A stretch of 64,000 nt of DNA from the human T2T-CHM13v2.0 reference genome, Homo sapiens: the NCBI RefSeq assembly GCF_009914755.1, contig NC_060933.1; one strand, 5' to 3'. Below, one piece after another: positions 13,835-28,364 of this stretch. A program made the position numbers and the translations under genes. The notes under the pieces are model-generated. The model was not told the origin of the DNA, did no database searches, and saw nothing but the letters and a program-made list of their open reading frames with translations. Within the stretch, counting starts at the first letter, position 1; each line of letters opens with the position of its first letter.

Positions 13835-14290
13835 TCTTGGCAGCTTTGTTGAAGCATAATTGACACGCAATAAACTTTTGACACATGTATATACCAATGA
13901 GAATATCACTATATACTCAAGATAGTGAACACATCCATCACTTCAAAGTTTTCTCATGTTCTTCTGTAATCCTTCCTTCCTGAGTCTCCCCATATGCCTT
14001 CCCTCCAGGCAATCGCTGATCTGTTCTCTATCACTACAGGTTAGTTGGCATTTTTTAAAGTTATAGAAATGAAATCATATAGTATGTATTTTTACTCATA
14101 TGCCTTCTTTCACTCAGCGTAACTATTTTAAAATTCATCCATGTTGTTGTATATGTCAACAGTTTGTTCTTGGTATTGCCGGATAGTATTCTATTGTTTG
14201 AATGTACCACAATTTGCTATTCTGTTGACCTGCAGTGGATATCCGAGTTGCTTCCAGGTTTTAGCTACTACAAATAAAACTTCTACAAAG
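13835..14290 (-). mobile_element. L1MC/L1MB-type 3' fragment
   Basis: 'caggcaatcgctgatctg', 'aaatgaaatcatatagtatgta', 'cttctttcactcagc', 'attcatccatgttgttg'. Confidence 0.8.
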
Positions 14291-15259
14291 AAGCCTGGGT
14301 TTTAATTATACATGGGTTATAAGTGGACATGAGGAGAAATGGAGTTCAGACTAGAGGGAAAATCAAGTGGCTGTACTTTGGAATAAGGCTAACACTCCAG
14401 AAAAGAGGTATGGGGATTTTGCTTTCAATCATCCTCCTTGTTTTTGGCAGGTACAGGGATAGGCTAACCTAAAGACACAAAGAGGGGTTAATAGGTACTT
14501 TACGAAGCCTTCTCATAGAGTCCACATTCACAGAAACTATCTGCACACTGTAAATGCAAGCGAATCTACCTTCTGTTTCTTGAAGAGAATGAATGCCTTG
14601 ATCTATGTATATTGGCTGCCCTCTTGAGTATAGGCACTTATCAGCTTTATCTAGGCTGATGTCATCAGAAACCAGGAACTATGCCTCATACATCACTAAA
14701 TCAGCCTCCACTGCAGTACCTAGCACATTGGATCCACTCAGTAAATATTAGTAGAAGGAAAAAAAGAGGGAAAGGGGGAAGAGGGTGAGGAAGAGAGAGA
14801 TTACATAATGGTAAAATCAACGAAGATGGAGATATACTAAATAAAAATCTTACAATTATTTATTTTGGCTAGGAGCATGGTTAAAAATCAGACATGCTAT
14901 AAATACTTGCATAATGCTAAAAACATTTTATGGTAATTTCTATGATCTGGAAATAAGAGGAAAATCCCATGGGCAAGAGGGCCTTCTTGGTGGAATACTA
15001 GTTTGTTCATACCTCCATTAGCACCTTTTTCTCTTCACTTTATAGTAAATAACAAAATACTTTAACTCTTACTGGACAGTGAGCTCCAAAATATCAACTA
15101 TCAATGTATCCTCAGTTCAAAAGACAGTGCCTGTTGATATTCAACAACAGTTCAGGTTAGGCTAATCACTACAAATAACCAAGGATTTAATCTTCAGTAC
15201 TTCAGGAGAAGTCACTTAAAAGTTACCGATCTTCCTATATCTCCTTATTGCAAGCTATA

Positions 15260-15690
15260 CTCCATGATAGGACTTCTCTGTACTTCTCATATTTCCTACA
15301 TTTGTTCATGATGTTGCATCTAGAAAACCCTTTCAAACCTTCATATATATCCCTATTAGAAATTCCATCCATCTTTTAAAACTCAAATGAAAGACTATTT
15401 TGTCCATGAAGGACTCTTTAATCGGTTTAATTGACAAGAGATCCTTTCTCTTTAAGTCCAGGCTACTTTGTTCCCCACCTCCTTCTTCTATGGTCCTTAT
15501 CCCATTAAGCCTTGTACTATTATTAGTCATGTATTTGTTATTATCTATCTTACTAAACTGTAATATCCTTAAGAGATATGTCTTATTCATCTCTGTATTT
15601 TATCTAGAGAATTTCAGAATGACTTGAAAATAGTAGGAGCTTAATAGATGTTTGTGATTAAATAAATAGATTAACAAATAAAAGAATGTA
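15260..15690 (+). mobile_element. L2 3' fragment
   Basis: 'ctaaactgtaatatccttaagag...tgtcttattcatctctgtat...tagtaggagcttaatagatgtttg'. Confidence 0.65.
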
Positions 15691-17799
15691 AACTTTCCAG
15701 TGTTTGCATTATGTGAAAGGCAGGAAGAAAGATGCTTTCCTCATATCTCACCCATTGTTTCTAATCTAATGTGAGAAAGCCCTACCAACATTATACACTG
15801 GGGAAAAAGCTATGGGTAAGTAAATGCTATTGAAGTAGAAATGTGATTTTGATATAGCAAGTTATAAGCCACCAACTCTTTGGTTGTAATTAATCCAGGT
15901 AATTAGCCAATTCCCTAGGAGGATCCTGACAGAAAAAAAAAACCTAGGTCAGGCAAGTTTTGATGGGAAGAAATGCAAGGCAGAAGAGTCCTAGTGCATC
16001 TGTAAAGACAATGAAGACCTCTAGCAGAAAACAGATTTTTGACTCCTGGATTTAGATTTAGAATGTTATGTGCATTTTCATAAAGTACATTTTCTCTAAT
16101 ATGACCCAATACTCTCAGTTGTTGACTAGTGCTGGGTAGAACAGGAGTCTTGGCCCTCCCTCTGGGTACTAGGGCAGCAGGATAATGTGTTTACGTTCTC
16201 AGAGGTTTAATCACATTATTGACTGACATTGAGTGCACTGTGGAGGACATCCCCTAAAACCTTGTACTTATATTCATGAAGTTATATTTCTTCTACTCTG
16301 TAATTATGTCATTATGCTTTTAGACTTGAAAACTGGACTCTAGATTTATCTCAATTATTTTTAATAGGGATGTACTCATTGCTCAAGAACACCCAACTCA
16401 TGTTTGGAAAAATTTAAAATCTCCCACATTTCTACTCTATTATATATTATGATCATATCATTCACTTCTACATAGACAAAATAAAGTAGAAAGCTAGTAG
16501 AAATTATCTTTAGGAGAGAAATCATCTACTATACCAGAAAATGAAGAGAGAATAGAACACAGTATTCATATACTTTTTTTTCTTAATCTAGCAAACAAAT
16601 ATCAATTCTCTGCTTAGTTTACCTGTAGGTACACAGCTAGAATAAGAATTCCAATTTAAGGGAATAAAGCCATCAATAGAACTGTTTCTTGACCAAACAG
16701 TATGCATTAAGCTGTTGTAGAGCAATGTACCAGGCACTGTGCCACACCTTGCTTTGCTTTAGCTGAGACCATGCAATTCAAGTTTTCCATCCTCTGTGTC
16801 GAGTCTAATAATTGCTTTTGTTTTGTATTCTTTTTCTCACATCACATATTTCAACTTTACTAATAAATTGTTGAAGAAAACCATAGAATACTACAAATGA
16901 GATCTATTAGTTGCACCATTTTATTAATAGCATTTAACTTTGGCTGTTAAACTATTAACATATAATAAAAAGCTGCAATACTGCATTAGCAGGGTAAATG
17001 CATTCTAGTGAATAATAACAAACCATTCACAATTTACTAGGAGCTCAATTTAACCCAAATTATATTGTTAACAGTATGGCTGGTTTACTCACATGAAATT
17101 TAAAGAAGCGCTCTCAAGAATTAACATAAAATACCTTATGCTGTTTATGCACAATATAACTCACAGATAGAATGGGCAACATAAATTCCCAAAATTAACG
17201 CTTAAGCCAGTCTCTTCAGAATAGCTATCAATGTACAGCCTTACAAAATATATGCCCATCTCTTTCATTTTATCTATATGTCTCCATTTGTACTGGGTTT
17301 TATTTATGGTAGTAAAGTGAAATATATCATATTGTCCCTGTTTGGAGACATATGGTGTTTTATAGGCTCCATGGTCTACCCATAAAATTAACAGAGTTTG
17401 ACAGTACCATTACAAGTAATTGTAGCAATAGCCTTAAAATAGAAAAACTCTGACAAAACCTTTTACTTTTCACAGAAATCCCCTCTACGCCATTTCTAGA
17501 TAACAATCATGCAAAATGCTAACACTTGCTGCATTGTCACTATGTGTTACTTTACACCCATGAATATCCATGAGGATTTACAAAGCAGATGCTGAGACAA
17601 AGAGTCATAGGATAACTTCTCTGTGATCTCCTAGCTAGCAACGGGCAGAGACAGAGCCCAGAAGAGCATCCATGCCAGCGCCAGTGCTTACCCATTATAC
17701 TAGACAGTCTTTCAGTATCTGTGGTTAGGCAGTCTCTGCTTAAGCAGTTATAAAGAGGGATGCTCATTTTCTCTCTAGGCCACCCATGGTATTTTTTAG

Positions 17800-18175
17800 C
17801 ATCTCCTGTTCAGCAAGTCCTTCCTCTATCGAATCTATATAACTGATATTTATATCTCTTGGTCCTGGATCAACCCCTTAGAGCAACTCAGAATAAATCA
17901 AATGCCTCTATTTGTGACATATCTTCAAGTATATAAAAAGAGCAACCACGTTTCCTTCACACCTCCTTTTTACAAACTAAACACTTACTAGTTCTGTCAA
18001 CATTTTTTATTATGACATACTTCCCATTCTTACCACATTCTGATTGCTCTCCCCTAACCACAATTGTTCGTCAACAACAATTTTAAGTTATGGCATCAAG
18101 ACTAAAACACAATATTTCAGATATGAGCTGACCATTAGAAATAGTACTGGAATTCTACCCTCCCTTGTCCTTGTC
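17800..18175 (-). mobile_element. L3/CR1 fragment
   Basis: 'cagaataaatcaaat', 'cttcaagtatat', 'aaactaaaca', 'aacacaatatttcagatatg' resemble antisense CR1. Confidence 0.55.
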
Positions 18176-19099
18176 TCTGGTAGACCAAAGAACCTTAGCA
18201 TTTCTGATTAAATGCTACTTCTGACTTTTTGTAAGCCACGAGTAAATCCTTGAAATGCATACCATAATGAGAATATGAATGTGTTTTTTATAGTCTGCTT
18301 TTATTAAATAACGAAGATAAAATCATGGCTTAATTTTTAGCACATGCACTTCAAGATTAGTATTTACCAGTAAGCCACTTGCCTAGTGAGTGAGTCTAGA
18401 TAGCTGCTTAGTCTTCCCATGCTGATGAACATCATTTTAGATCTAAGGACTTGAGGAGTTTAGACCAAATCCTGCATGTGCAGCAATAGTCAACTGTGGT
18501 ACAGAATGTAATAGGCACCAGCTCATATTTCTATCTCTTTCTGACCTTTAAGTCAAGAAAATTACCTAGATTATTGAGTCAACTCTGTCCAAGCCTGTGC
18601 TTGAATATCATTTATATTAAAGTTTAAAAAATAAACTATGTATTTATCTTAGTAAATTTTATCTTTTAGTTTAGTCGTGACCTCTGAATCCTTGCTTGGT
18701 TATCCAGGCATTAGCTCTCCCTCTCAGAGCAATGGTATCCTCAGATTTGATAGCATGCTATCTTTATCAATTTCAGGATCTGATTAAGAAAGAGGAAAGC
18801 AGGACAAATCTCATAGTCCTGGCTATGCCACTAAAGCAACTGTTGAGCCCAGCAAAGTCACCAGGGCAGAGAACAGCACAGTAAGGGAAAAGGGAAAGAG
18901 CATCGGTACAGGATCTGGAGACCAGCTGGAAATCTAACACATAATCAGGCCACTACAGACACTGTCACCTTTGACTACATCTTCTCTGCCTCTGGCATCT
19001 CTAAGAAATTAGATTTCAAAAATCAGAAACCCAAGAAAAACACTCACATCTTCTCAAGATGTTCTAGTAAAAGGTTTATGATGCTCCTGAATAATAAAT

Positions 19100-19340
19100 G
19101 GTAGTAATAATAATGGTCCTCATTATTAAGTGTTTACTCTTGGCCAGGCCCTTCATGTGAGCTACTTCTTTAAATCCTACCAACATGCCGCTGAGGCAGA
19201 TATTATTGTTATGCCTCTTTTACAAAAGAGGAAACGAAGCTACTTGCCCAGGATCCCATGGATCAAAAGAGCAATCTCAGGATTTGCATCCAGCAGTCTG
19301 TCTCCAGAGCCTGCACTCTATGACATTCTTCTACACTATT
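19100..19340 (-). mobile_element. MIR SINE
   Basis: 'ttttacaaaagaggaaacgaagc...acttgccca...caggatttgcatccagcagtctg'. Confidence 0.75.
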
Positions 19341-20889
19341 ATTCCATCCTTTAATACAGAAAGCAATTTTCAGTTCCTGTATTTTCTTCTGAAAATGGTC
19401 GCAACCATAGTTTTATTCCGATTTATTTTTGCAGTCTAATGTATCTAGAACATTTACTTTAACTCTACGACCAAGTAAGCCTACTACTACCATCTTGAGT
19501 ATCTGAAAACTTCCTTCTTTAGGTTAATACCTGTATTTTTCTTTATTGCAATTCAAGCTTTTTCATTTGTCAATGTGCTACACATGTATCATGTTCTCAT
19601 CATTATACTAAGAGCCTGGGTAATGCTTAAGCTAAATCTGAAAGGTGTTTTGATTTGTTAACAAAAAATCCTAATCATACATTCAACAGAGAAGACAAAA
19701 TATCTAAACAAAATTGTTCTCAATGAATTATAAAATTATATATCTGATCTCTACTTAAAAGAGGAGAGCCTAACTAGCAAACATACACATATTTTATGTC
19801 TAAAGTTACTCTGTATGTAGAAATAAAAAGGATCAGGAAAACTGCAGGTATCCTGCCAGGAAACTATCCTGTAATTATCTGTGAAACATTCTGTTATAAT
19901 TTAAAATATACTGCATAGGATCACAAAGAAAAGAGCAAAACTAACTGAATTCTGCAACAGGTTTGTAGATTTGGTGACAGCTTCAACCCAATCCCCCTGG
20001 CCATTAAAGAAAACACAAGATTATATAAGAAACTTCCCAGCCAACACTTAAAGACATAATTGTCCCAACCCTTTCAACTCCTCATGATTAGTTCCACTTA
20101 CACTTCAGGGACTTTCTTGTTGAATCATATATTCCCTGATCACCAAAACTTCTGTTCTTGAGCCTGAAACTCATGAAGTTATTGTCAGCCAGAGAATCAT
20201 CCAGAGACACATATGGCTGCCTAATGCTCCCCAGGCTCTTGTGAGGTAGCTGCAACCAAAAAAGAGCTGCAAGCCAAGCTGAGAGCCTAACAGATCCAGC
20301 ACTCTGCCGGCACCAAAGCAGCCCTGGCTCCCTCATGATTGCTCCTGGAGAAATTCCCCCACAAATTCTTTTTAAAATGGGCTACCCCTGTCCATCTAGG
20401 AATATATTAATGTGGAAATTTTCAGAGATGTATGCATAGAAAGAGGAGGACATCAAGAGAACTAGGAAAAGCATTGGCATTTCTCTTAATGGTGGTAGGA
20501 TACCTCTTCGTGACCAACTGTGTCAATCTCAATGTGAACTTGCTCTTTCTAGGCTGCAGGGGATGTTTCCCTGCCCAGTACTGAGATTGCTCCACTCGAA
20601 GTTGGCATTGTTCAATGTCCTTTACTTCTTGCTCTATTATTGACTTAGCTGCAAGTTCAACTCAGATTCTAAAAAGACTAAAAGGGTCCTTACTGAACAG
20701 TAAACATAAAACCTATCACCAGCTCTCCAATGCATAGGACTGACTTGTGGCTGGTTTCTACCCCTAAGCAGGAAAGAGGCAAGATGAGCTCCTACCACCC
20801 CCATTTCTTCAGTTACATTTTTATTTGTCATATTTTAGCCAAGATGACTTTCTACATGGAAGAAGATTCAAATGATCACAACTGTTTAC

Positions 20890-21130
20890 ATTAGTATTTA
20901 CTAACTGCCAGATATGTGAGTAAATGTTTTAAATTCATTGCCTCAGTTGACCCTGATAACCACCTTCTGAGGAAAGCACTATCACGTGCCTCATGTTTCC
21001 AGTAAAGAAATTGAGACTCAGGGATAAAATTTTTGTTTAAGGTCACACAGTTCCTAAGTGGATGGAGCAGAACGTGAACTTGACCGCACTAATGGCAGAG
21101 CTATATAACTTGAAGTAAAAATGCTCTCAA
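20890..21130 (-). mobile_element. MIR SINE
   Basis: 'aagaaattgagactcagg...aaggtcacacag'. Confidence 0.65.
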
Positions 21131-21859
21131 TTTCCTACTTAATAGGATAAATGCTTAAGAAATTCAAATACAAATTGAATAGCCTTTCAAATGATAGCTT
21201 TTACCATTTTTTTACTTATAAGCAGCATAGAAAGGAGCTACATAGGATATAAAGGTGCTTTCAGGTCTAGATTTTAGGAAATATTTTTGCTTTGTCAGTT
21301 TCTCAAACTTAACTTATTCCAATGATATATTACACTGTTTATTATCTACAAAGAGGATAAATAGGTACAAAAATGTTTTTGACCCCTCAACAAAAGCAAA
21401 TATAACCTCTTTTCCCAACCAGAAACCTTGGTCTGGACTTTGAATACTGATTTGGAAACAAGTTTTTAAAAGAATTAGCTCAAAGCAGCAGGTTTGTAGC
21501 TCATATGACACAAGATGATCAATGACCACATTAGCTACTAATCTAAGGCATAAAACATGCATGAGGCATTAGCATGGAAATCTAACACGTTCCCACCTCA
21601 GGTGGCACTGGATTTCTAATCCGTTGCCCCATGTAATAGGAATAAACTTAAATAGCTTATTTAGAGCTTCATTTACAAAGTTAATAATTAGAATGATTTA
21701 CTCAAAAGGCAAAGAAGGAAGGCAGACAGCTGGGTGGGGTGTTGAAATGCAAGGAAGAAAATAACAGCCATTTTCAAAAAGCCAAACTCAACTTCTTAGT
21801 AAAAATGACTTTGCTTGTAATTTTGTCTTGAAGGACATTCCCCATTCTTATGGAAGGGA

Positions 21860-22075
21860 ATCAGAGTTAGGAAAAAGCATGAGTTCTAGAAGCTGAGTTG
21901 GTTAGAGACCAATAAATAGATCCAGGACCCTAGACAAGTTGTTTAATCACCCGAACAAAGGTTTCTACATTTTTAACATTTGAATAATAATTCCTGCTTT
22001 GCAAGGAATAAAATTTAACAAAAGCAAAGTGGTTAATACAGTGCCTAACACTTGGGAGGTACTGAATTACTATTG
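21860..22075 (+). mobile_element. MIR SINE
   Basis: 'gaccctagacaagttgtttaatc...acagtgcctaacac'. Confidence 0.5.
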
Positions 22076-23789
22076 ATTTCACCCCTTACAGGATTCACCA
22101 GCAAGTTCCAAGATACAAGCAAGATCTCCTCTTCCCGGTTCTGCAATAGAAGGTTCTGATCTAGTCACAGATTTTGACATAGTAGTTTTCTCACCTACAT
22201 TCAGTGCCGGAACAATAGTTGGATGAATTGTTTAATGTGATGTTATATAAAATATTGGACGAATAAAGTTCAGCTAATTAGAAAAAAGCAGGTATATAGT
22301 TTTTCCACCCTTCTCTCAGGTGATTCAAGTTTCTCTATGTAGCATTTTTGTGACCTGGTTTAGGCTTGTCTCTAACTTTTGAAATGTCCAGGTCAAGAGT
22401 CCCAATGAAAATCCATATTCCTAAATATTTGAAATGCATAAAACACCTGACAAAATTTAAATGAATATTATAGATTATTTCCTATAACCTAGACAGAAGT
22501 ACCTTCATAATGACGTGGAAGCCTAGATTCAAATTTATAATTGTGAGAGGACTTGGAGTTCTGCGCCAAGACATAGTATCGTGGGAAAAGCCAGCTCTTC
22601 CTTCTCTTTCCACCCCAGCTCTATCCTACACAATGAGAGGACTTGCACACACATGTGTGCTCCAATTAAGTCAGCCGTCTATGCATGTGGATCACGCATA
22701 TCCAAGCCCCATCCCCACTGACCACCCCAAAACTACCCATCAAGCCCACTGACACATCCACAGACATCATGGTTGGTTCTTTCCCAGAGGAAATTCCTAA
22801 GGAAGAGGCCTCTGTGAGCTCTAGAATCTAGGAATTCCAGGGTCTCAGGTACATAAAACATGTCCAGAAATGAGGGTGGTAGGCACCAGGTGGCCATGAG
22901 GACTCCAGGTGGCTCTGAAGACACACTGCCCCATGTAAAAGGGTAGGACCAGAGAACCAGATCGGAGCCTGTACTACATGGAGCCCAAAACAAGGGTCTC
23001 TCTTGCCCTGGCTCAGTAAAACCTACTTGCTCAGTCGAGTTTACCTCCACATCATCCCAAGTGCTATCCTGAAGAACAGAGGGTTCACATATTCATTGCA
23101 GGGGAACTCCGTGTTATCCATAAACTTGCTGCAAGGCAGATTGTCTTTCTGCAAGATAAAGTATGGACATCATTATTAACCCTTCTAATTTCACTTTTAT
23201 ACACTAAATCAGTCCTGATAATTAACATGTTCCATTTTAAACAACTAGCTGGGCTAGTTTCCTATCAAGAGACAGGAAAAAATAACTTCAATTTTCTTCA
23301 CAGAAATCTATGGAGACATATATATGTCATATATATGTACTTTAGGGATTCTTTTTCATAGAAAAAATTGTTCTAAGGTATTCTCATGCTCATCCTTATC
23401 ATATAAAAGTATATTCTGCCTCACATGTCTAATAATATTTGGCAGTCTTAGCACTGCTAAAAGATTTTTCTGGGCCACAGAAAGACCTTTTACAAGTGGA
23501 ATTAGGCCATAACACTCACTTTTCGAGGGTTGTGAATACAAGTTATAAGCTACTATTCACAGCTTGTCATTGACTCATGCTGCTGCCCTCACAGGAAAGA
23601 GCCAGTAGTGAAAGGGCTTCAAGATACCCATGCCCACGAGACTGAAGCTCTGCCAAAAGCCACAAATTTCACTCATGGACAAGTCGAAGGACCTTTGATT
23701 ATGACGATATCCCTCCATGAGCTGGTCCTTTCCTACTTTCCCTCTCCCATCCACCATTATATCCTTGCTGTCTCTCAAGGGCTCTCTAC

Positions 23790-23937
23790 CTCTGAGGGTC
23801 TCAAACCATATTGTAATCACCTGGAGAGCTTTAAAAATCAGCTGTTGAGATTCTGATTTAATTGGTGCAACCTGGCCATGGAGTTTTTTTCCAACTCCCC
23901 AGGTGACTCTAATGTGCATCCAGGTTTTAGAATCACC
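23790..23937. mobile_element. MER5A-type hAT MITE within an L2
   Basis: 'aatcacctggagagcttt', 'agattctgatttaattggt', 'ctccccaggtgactctaatgtgca'. Confidence 0.8.
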
Positions 23938-24149
23938 TTATCATACGCCCCCAATCTGCTTGACCTTTTCTGAACACAGCCAGTACTCTCACACTCCTAT
24001 GCCCTTCTGCTTCAAATATCCCTTGCCTACCTGGCAAAAACTGCTTCTCATCCTATAAGACTCAGTCAGGTGAAGCCCCACTCAAGGAAGTCAGTCCTTC
24101 CCATTTTGAGCTGCGAGAATACCTCGTGCATCCCCTTAGTACAACTAAC

Positions 24150-24278
24150 AGAGACTATATAATTCATCATCTAAACCAACACACTGTTGAATGTCAAATT
24201 AAACACTATTAATAATTATGCTGAATGACAGGTATCAACTAGGACTATCTCAGGCACATGGGACATAAGATAACCCTA
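24150..24278 (+). mobile_element. MER81 (hAT-Blackjack)
   Basis: 'gactatataattcatcatctaaacc...ctattaataattatgc...ataacccta'. Confidence 0.7.
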
Positions 24279-24439
24279 ATTATAGCTCCTATTATATTAA
24301 TCAGTAATTGTGTACTGGCTTGTTTATCTCCCACCTTATTCTGTGAAAGCCACTAAAGCAGAGACTGTATATATTCGTCTAACCTCAGTGTCCAGCACAA
24401 ATTAGATGCTGAATAGATGTTTCTAGAAGATGCCCTCTA

Positions 24440-24670
24440 TTTTATAATGGCTAAGTGCATGGACTCTATAACCAAAGCACATGGGTTCAAACTCCAGCTC
24501 TACCACTTAGTAGCTGTGTGACTGGATAATTTGTGTGTCAGTGGCTTCATTTCTGAAATGAAGATAATAATGGCATGTACTTAACTGGGGTGTTTAAAGG
24601 TTCAAATGAGTTTGAACCTAGAACAGTACCTAAACATAGGAATAAGAACACTATGTAAGTGTTTATTATT
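24440..24670 (+). mobile_element. MIR SINE
   Basis: 'gggttcaaactccagctctaccacttagtagctgtgtga'. Confidence 0.85.
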
Positions 24671-24761
24671 TTTAAAAAGAATAAACCAATTGAATATACT
24701 CCAAGTGGCTTTTTTTCTATGAAACTCTTTCAAACAATCACGCCCATACTGAATGCTCACA

Positions 24762-24915
24762 GTAATAATGGCTAACCTTTACTATGACTCACCGTGTGCA
24801 AGGCACTGTTACATGCTTTACATACATTTTCTCATTGACCATTCATCACAAGTCTATCAGGGAAATATATCTATCTATTACCTTAAGTTTACAAATAAAG
24901 AAACTGAGGGCTCAA
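24762..24915 (-). mobile_element. MIR SINE fragment
   Basis: 'taataatggctaac...gtgtgcaaggcactgtt...tttacaaataaagaaactgaggg'. Confidence 0.75.
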
Positions 24916-25466
24916 AATAAAGGTTTCCACAGTCCCTCTATTTTATCTTTCCCTAAGGAAAAAAAAAAACTTCCATTCTCTCTCCCTGAGAGTTTCTTGT
25001 GATTTCTTTGAGAAATAAAAGGGCTTCTCTGAAGTCTCTAAGACAACGTACCTAATGTATGAGGAAATGGAGAGTGAAAAAGCAATGGCAGTGAAATCTG
25101 TGCTCTAGAAGGAGCCCGTTATTGCTTTTTGAAGTGTTTTAACAATTCATGAGCCAACATTATCAAGGAGGTAATATATAGAAAATATTATTTTGGGTAC
25201 TGAGAACACCCAAAATTATAAAATCTTCCTCTTACCTCCAAGGAGTTCAAAATCTAGCTGAGAAAAGAGAGAAAATAGTAAATACCATTATAAGGTTTAA
25301 ATAGCAGTAATATAAGGGAGACTCCCAGAGCAACATATGATTAATTCCCAAATAAATGATAAAGTTTGTACCTGCCACGTAAAGTCAGGAAAGGACGGAC
25401 TTTTGAAGAGTGGAGACTGAGAGGGCTTGAGATTTGTGTCTTTAAACATTTACTGGTTGAGGGGTT

Positions 25467-25476
25467 AAGATGGCGG
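25467..25476 (+). promoter_or_regulatory. YY1 site at the L1 5' end
   Basis: AAGATGGCGG, an intact YY1 motif at the usual position of the L1 internal promoter. Confidence 0.7.
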
Positions 25477-26135
25477 AGAGGAGGCAGGACTTGCTTGCAG
25501 CTCCCACTTGGATAGACGGAGCAGCCTGTGAAGATTTACATCATGAACTTTTGCTCCAGCGACTACCACAGCAACGTACCAGGAAACCCGAGAGAATCCA
25601 CACACCCTTTGAAGGAACTTGCTGCGGGGTCCCTAAGACGCCAAAAAACTGAGTCTGCTTGCTTTCTCAATGGGGAGGCTTGTGGTCTGAGGCAAATTCT
25701 CAGCCCGGGTCACTGGCTTCCTGGAAACTGACTCCAAGCTGCTCACGGTGGGAGTGAGACGGGCCTTTAGGACTGCAGGCTGTGTGGGAGCGGGGTGAAA
25801 CCGGTGACTGCTGGCTTTCCCCCACTTCCCTGGCAACTCAGCAGACTCAGCAGAGGGAGCCATAATCTCCCTGGGAATATAACTCCAATGGACTAGGAGC
25901 CCCACCCCCATCCCCCACAGCAGCTGCAGCAAGCCCCATCCAAGGAGAGGCTGAGCTCAGACACGCCTATCCCTGCCCCAACCTGGTAGTCTTTCTTTAC
26001 CGGCCCTGGTGGCGGAAGACAAAGGTCATAATCTCTTGGGAGCTTTACGGCCCTGCCTACCGCCTGAGAAACCAGGATACTTAACCAGGCCACACTAGGG
26101 CAAGTTTGTTTCCTCCCTATAGTACTATATTGTAC

Positions 26136-26901
<766 letters not shown>

Positions 26902-27297
26902 TGATGTGCTCTTGAAAGCACCACCTCCTGGCGGGAGACGATGCAACTCAAAACCAGAGTAATAAGCAAAAACACAACCAAGGACCCACACAGAGTCCGT
27001 TTCACTCCCCTGTTACCTCCACTGGAGCAGGTGCTGGTATCCATGGCTACAAGACCTGAAGATGGATCACATCACAGGACTCTTTGCAGACACTTCCCAG
27101 TACCAGCCCAGAGCTTGGTAGCTCTGCTGGGTGGCTAGACCCAGAAGAGCAAAAACAGTCACTACAGTTCAGCTCTCAGGAAGCCCCGTTCCTCCGGGAA
27201 GCGGGAGAACACGACATCAAGAGAGCACCCCGTGGGACAAAAGAATCTGAAGAGCAGCCCTTGAATTCCAGATTTTCCTACTTACATAGTCTATCCA

Positions 27298-28292
27298 ATG
27301 AGAAGAAACCAGAAAAAAAAAATCTGGTAATACGACAAAACAAGGTTATTTAACACCCCGAAAAATCATAGCAGCTCACCAGCAATGGATGCAACCAAGA
27401 AGAAATCTCTGAATTGCCAGAAAAAAAAAATTCAGAAGATCAATTATTAAGCTAATCACGGAGACACCAGAGAAAGGTGAAGTTCAGCTTAAAAAAATTA
27501 AAAACATGATACAAGATATGAAAGAAAATTCTTCAGTGAAATAGGTAGCATAAATAAAAACAATCACAACTTCTGGAAATCAAGGAAACAGAGAAATGCA
27601 AAATGCACTGGAAAATCTCAGCAATAGAATTGAACTAGCAGAAAAAAGAACTTCAGAGCTCAAAGACAAGGCTTTCAAATTAACCCAATCCATCAAAGAC
27701 AAAGAAAAAAGGATTTTAAAAAATGAACAAAGCCTCCAAGAAGTTTTGGACTATGTTAAATAACTAAACTTAAGAATAACTGGTGTTCCCAAGGAAAAAG
27801 ATAAATCTAAAAGTTTGAAAAACATATTTGAGAGAATAATTGAGGAAAACTCCCCTGGCTTCACTAGAGATCTAGACATTCAAATACAAGATGCTCAGAG
27901 AATACCTGGAAAATTTCTCACAAAAACATCATCACCTGGGCACATACTCATCAGGTTATCTAAAGTCAAGATGAAGGAAAGAATCTTAAGAGCTCTGAGG
28001 CAAAAGCATCAAGTAATCTGTAAAGGAAAACCTATCAGATTAACAGCAGATTTCTCAGCAGAAACCCTACAAGCTAGAAGGGATTGGGGTCCTATCTTCA
28101 GCCTCCTTAAACAAAATAATTATCAGCCAAAAATTTTGTATCCAGTGAAACTAAGCTTCATAAATGAAGGAATGATACAGTCTTCTCCAGACAAACAAAT
28201 GCTGAGAATTTGCCACTACCAAGCCAGCACTACAAGAGCTGCTAAAAGGAGCTCTAAATCTTGAAACAAGTCCTCAAAATACACTAAAATAG
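27298..28292 (+). pseudogene. L1PB1 ORF1 remnant (RNA-binding chaperone), frameshifted
   Basis: Starts ATG AGA AGA AAC CAG (MRRNQ); peptide 'GKPIRLTADFSAETLQARRDWGPIF' in the ORF track is L1 ORF1p. Confidence 0.88.
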
Positions 28293-28364
28293 AACCCCCT
28301 TAAAGCGTAAATCTTACAGGATCTACGTAACAATAACAAAATGAAAAAAAGTATTCAGGCAACA

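Noticed and set aside
21592-21612. CTCF-like 'cctcaggtggcactg'
   Set aside because: The 5' part of the CTCF core does not match; too weak without ChIP data.
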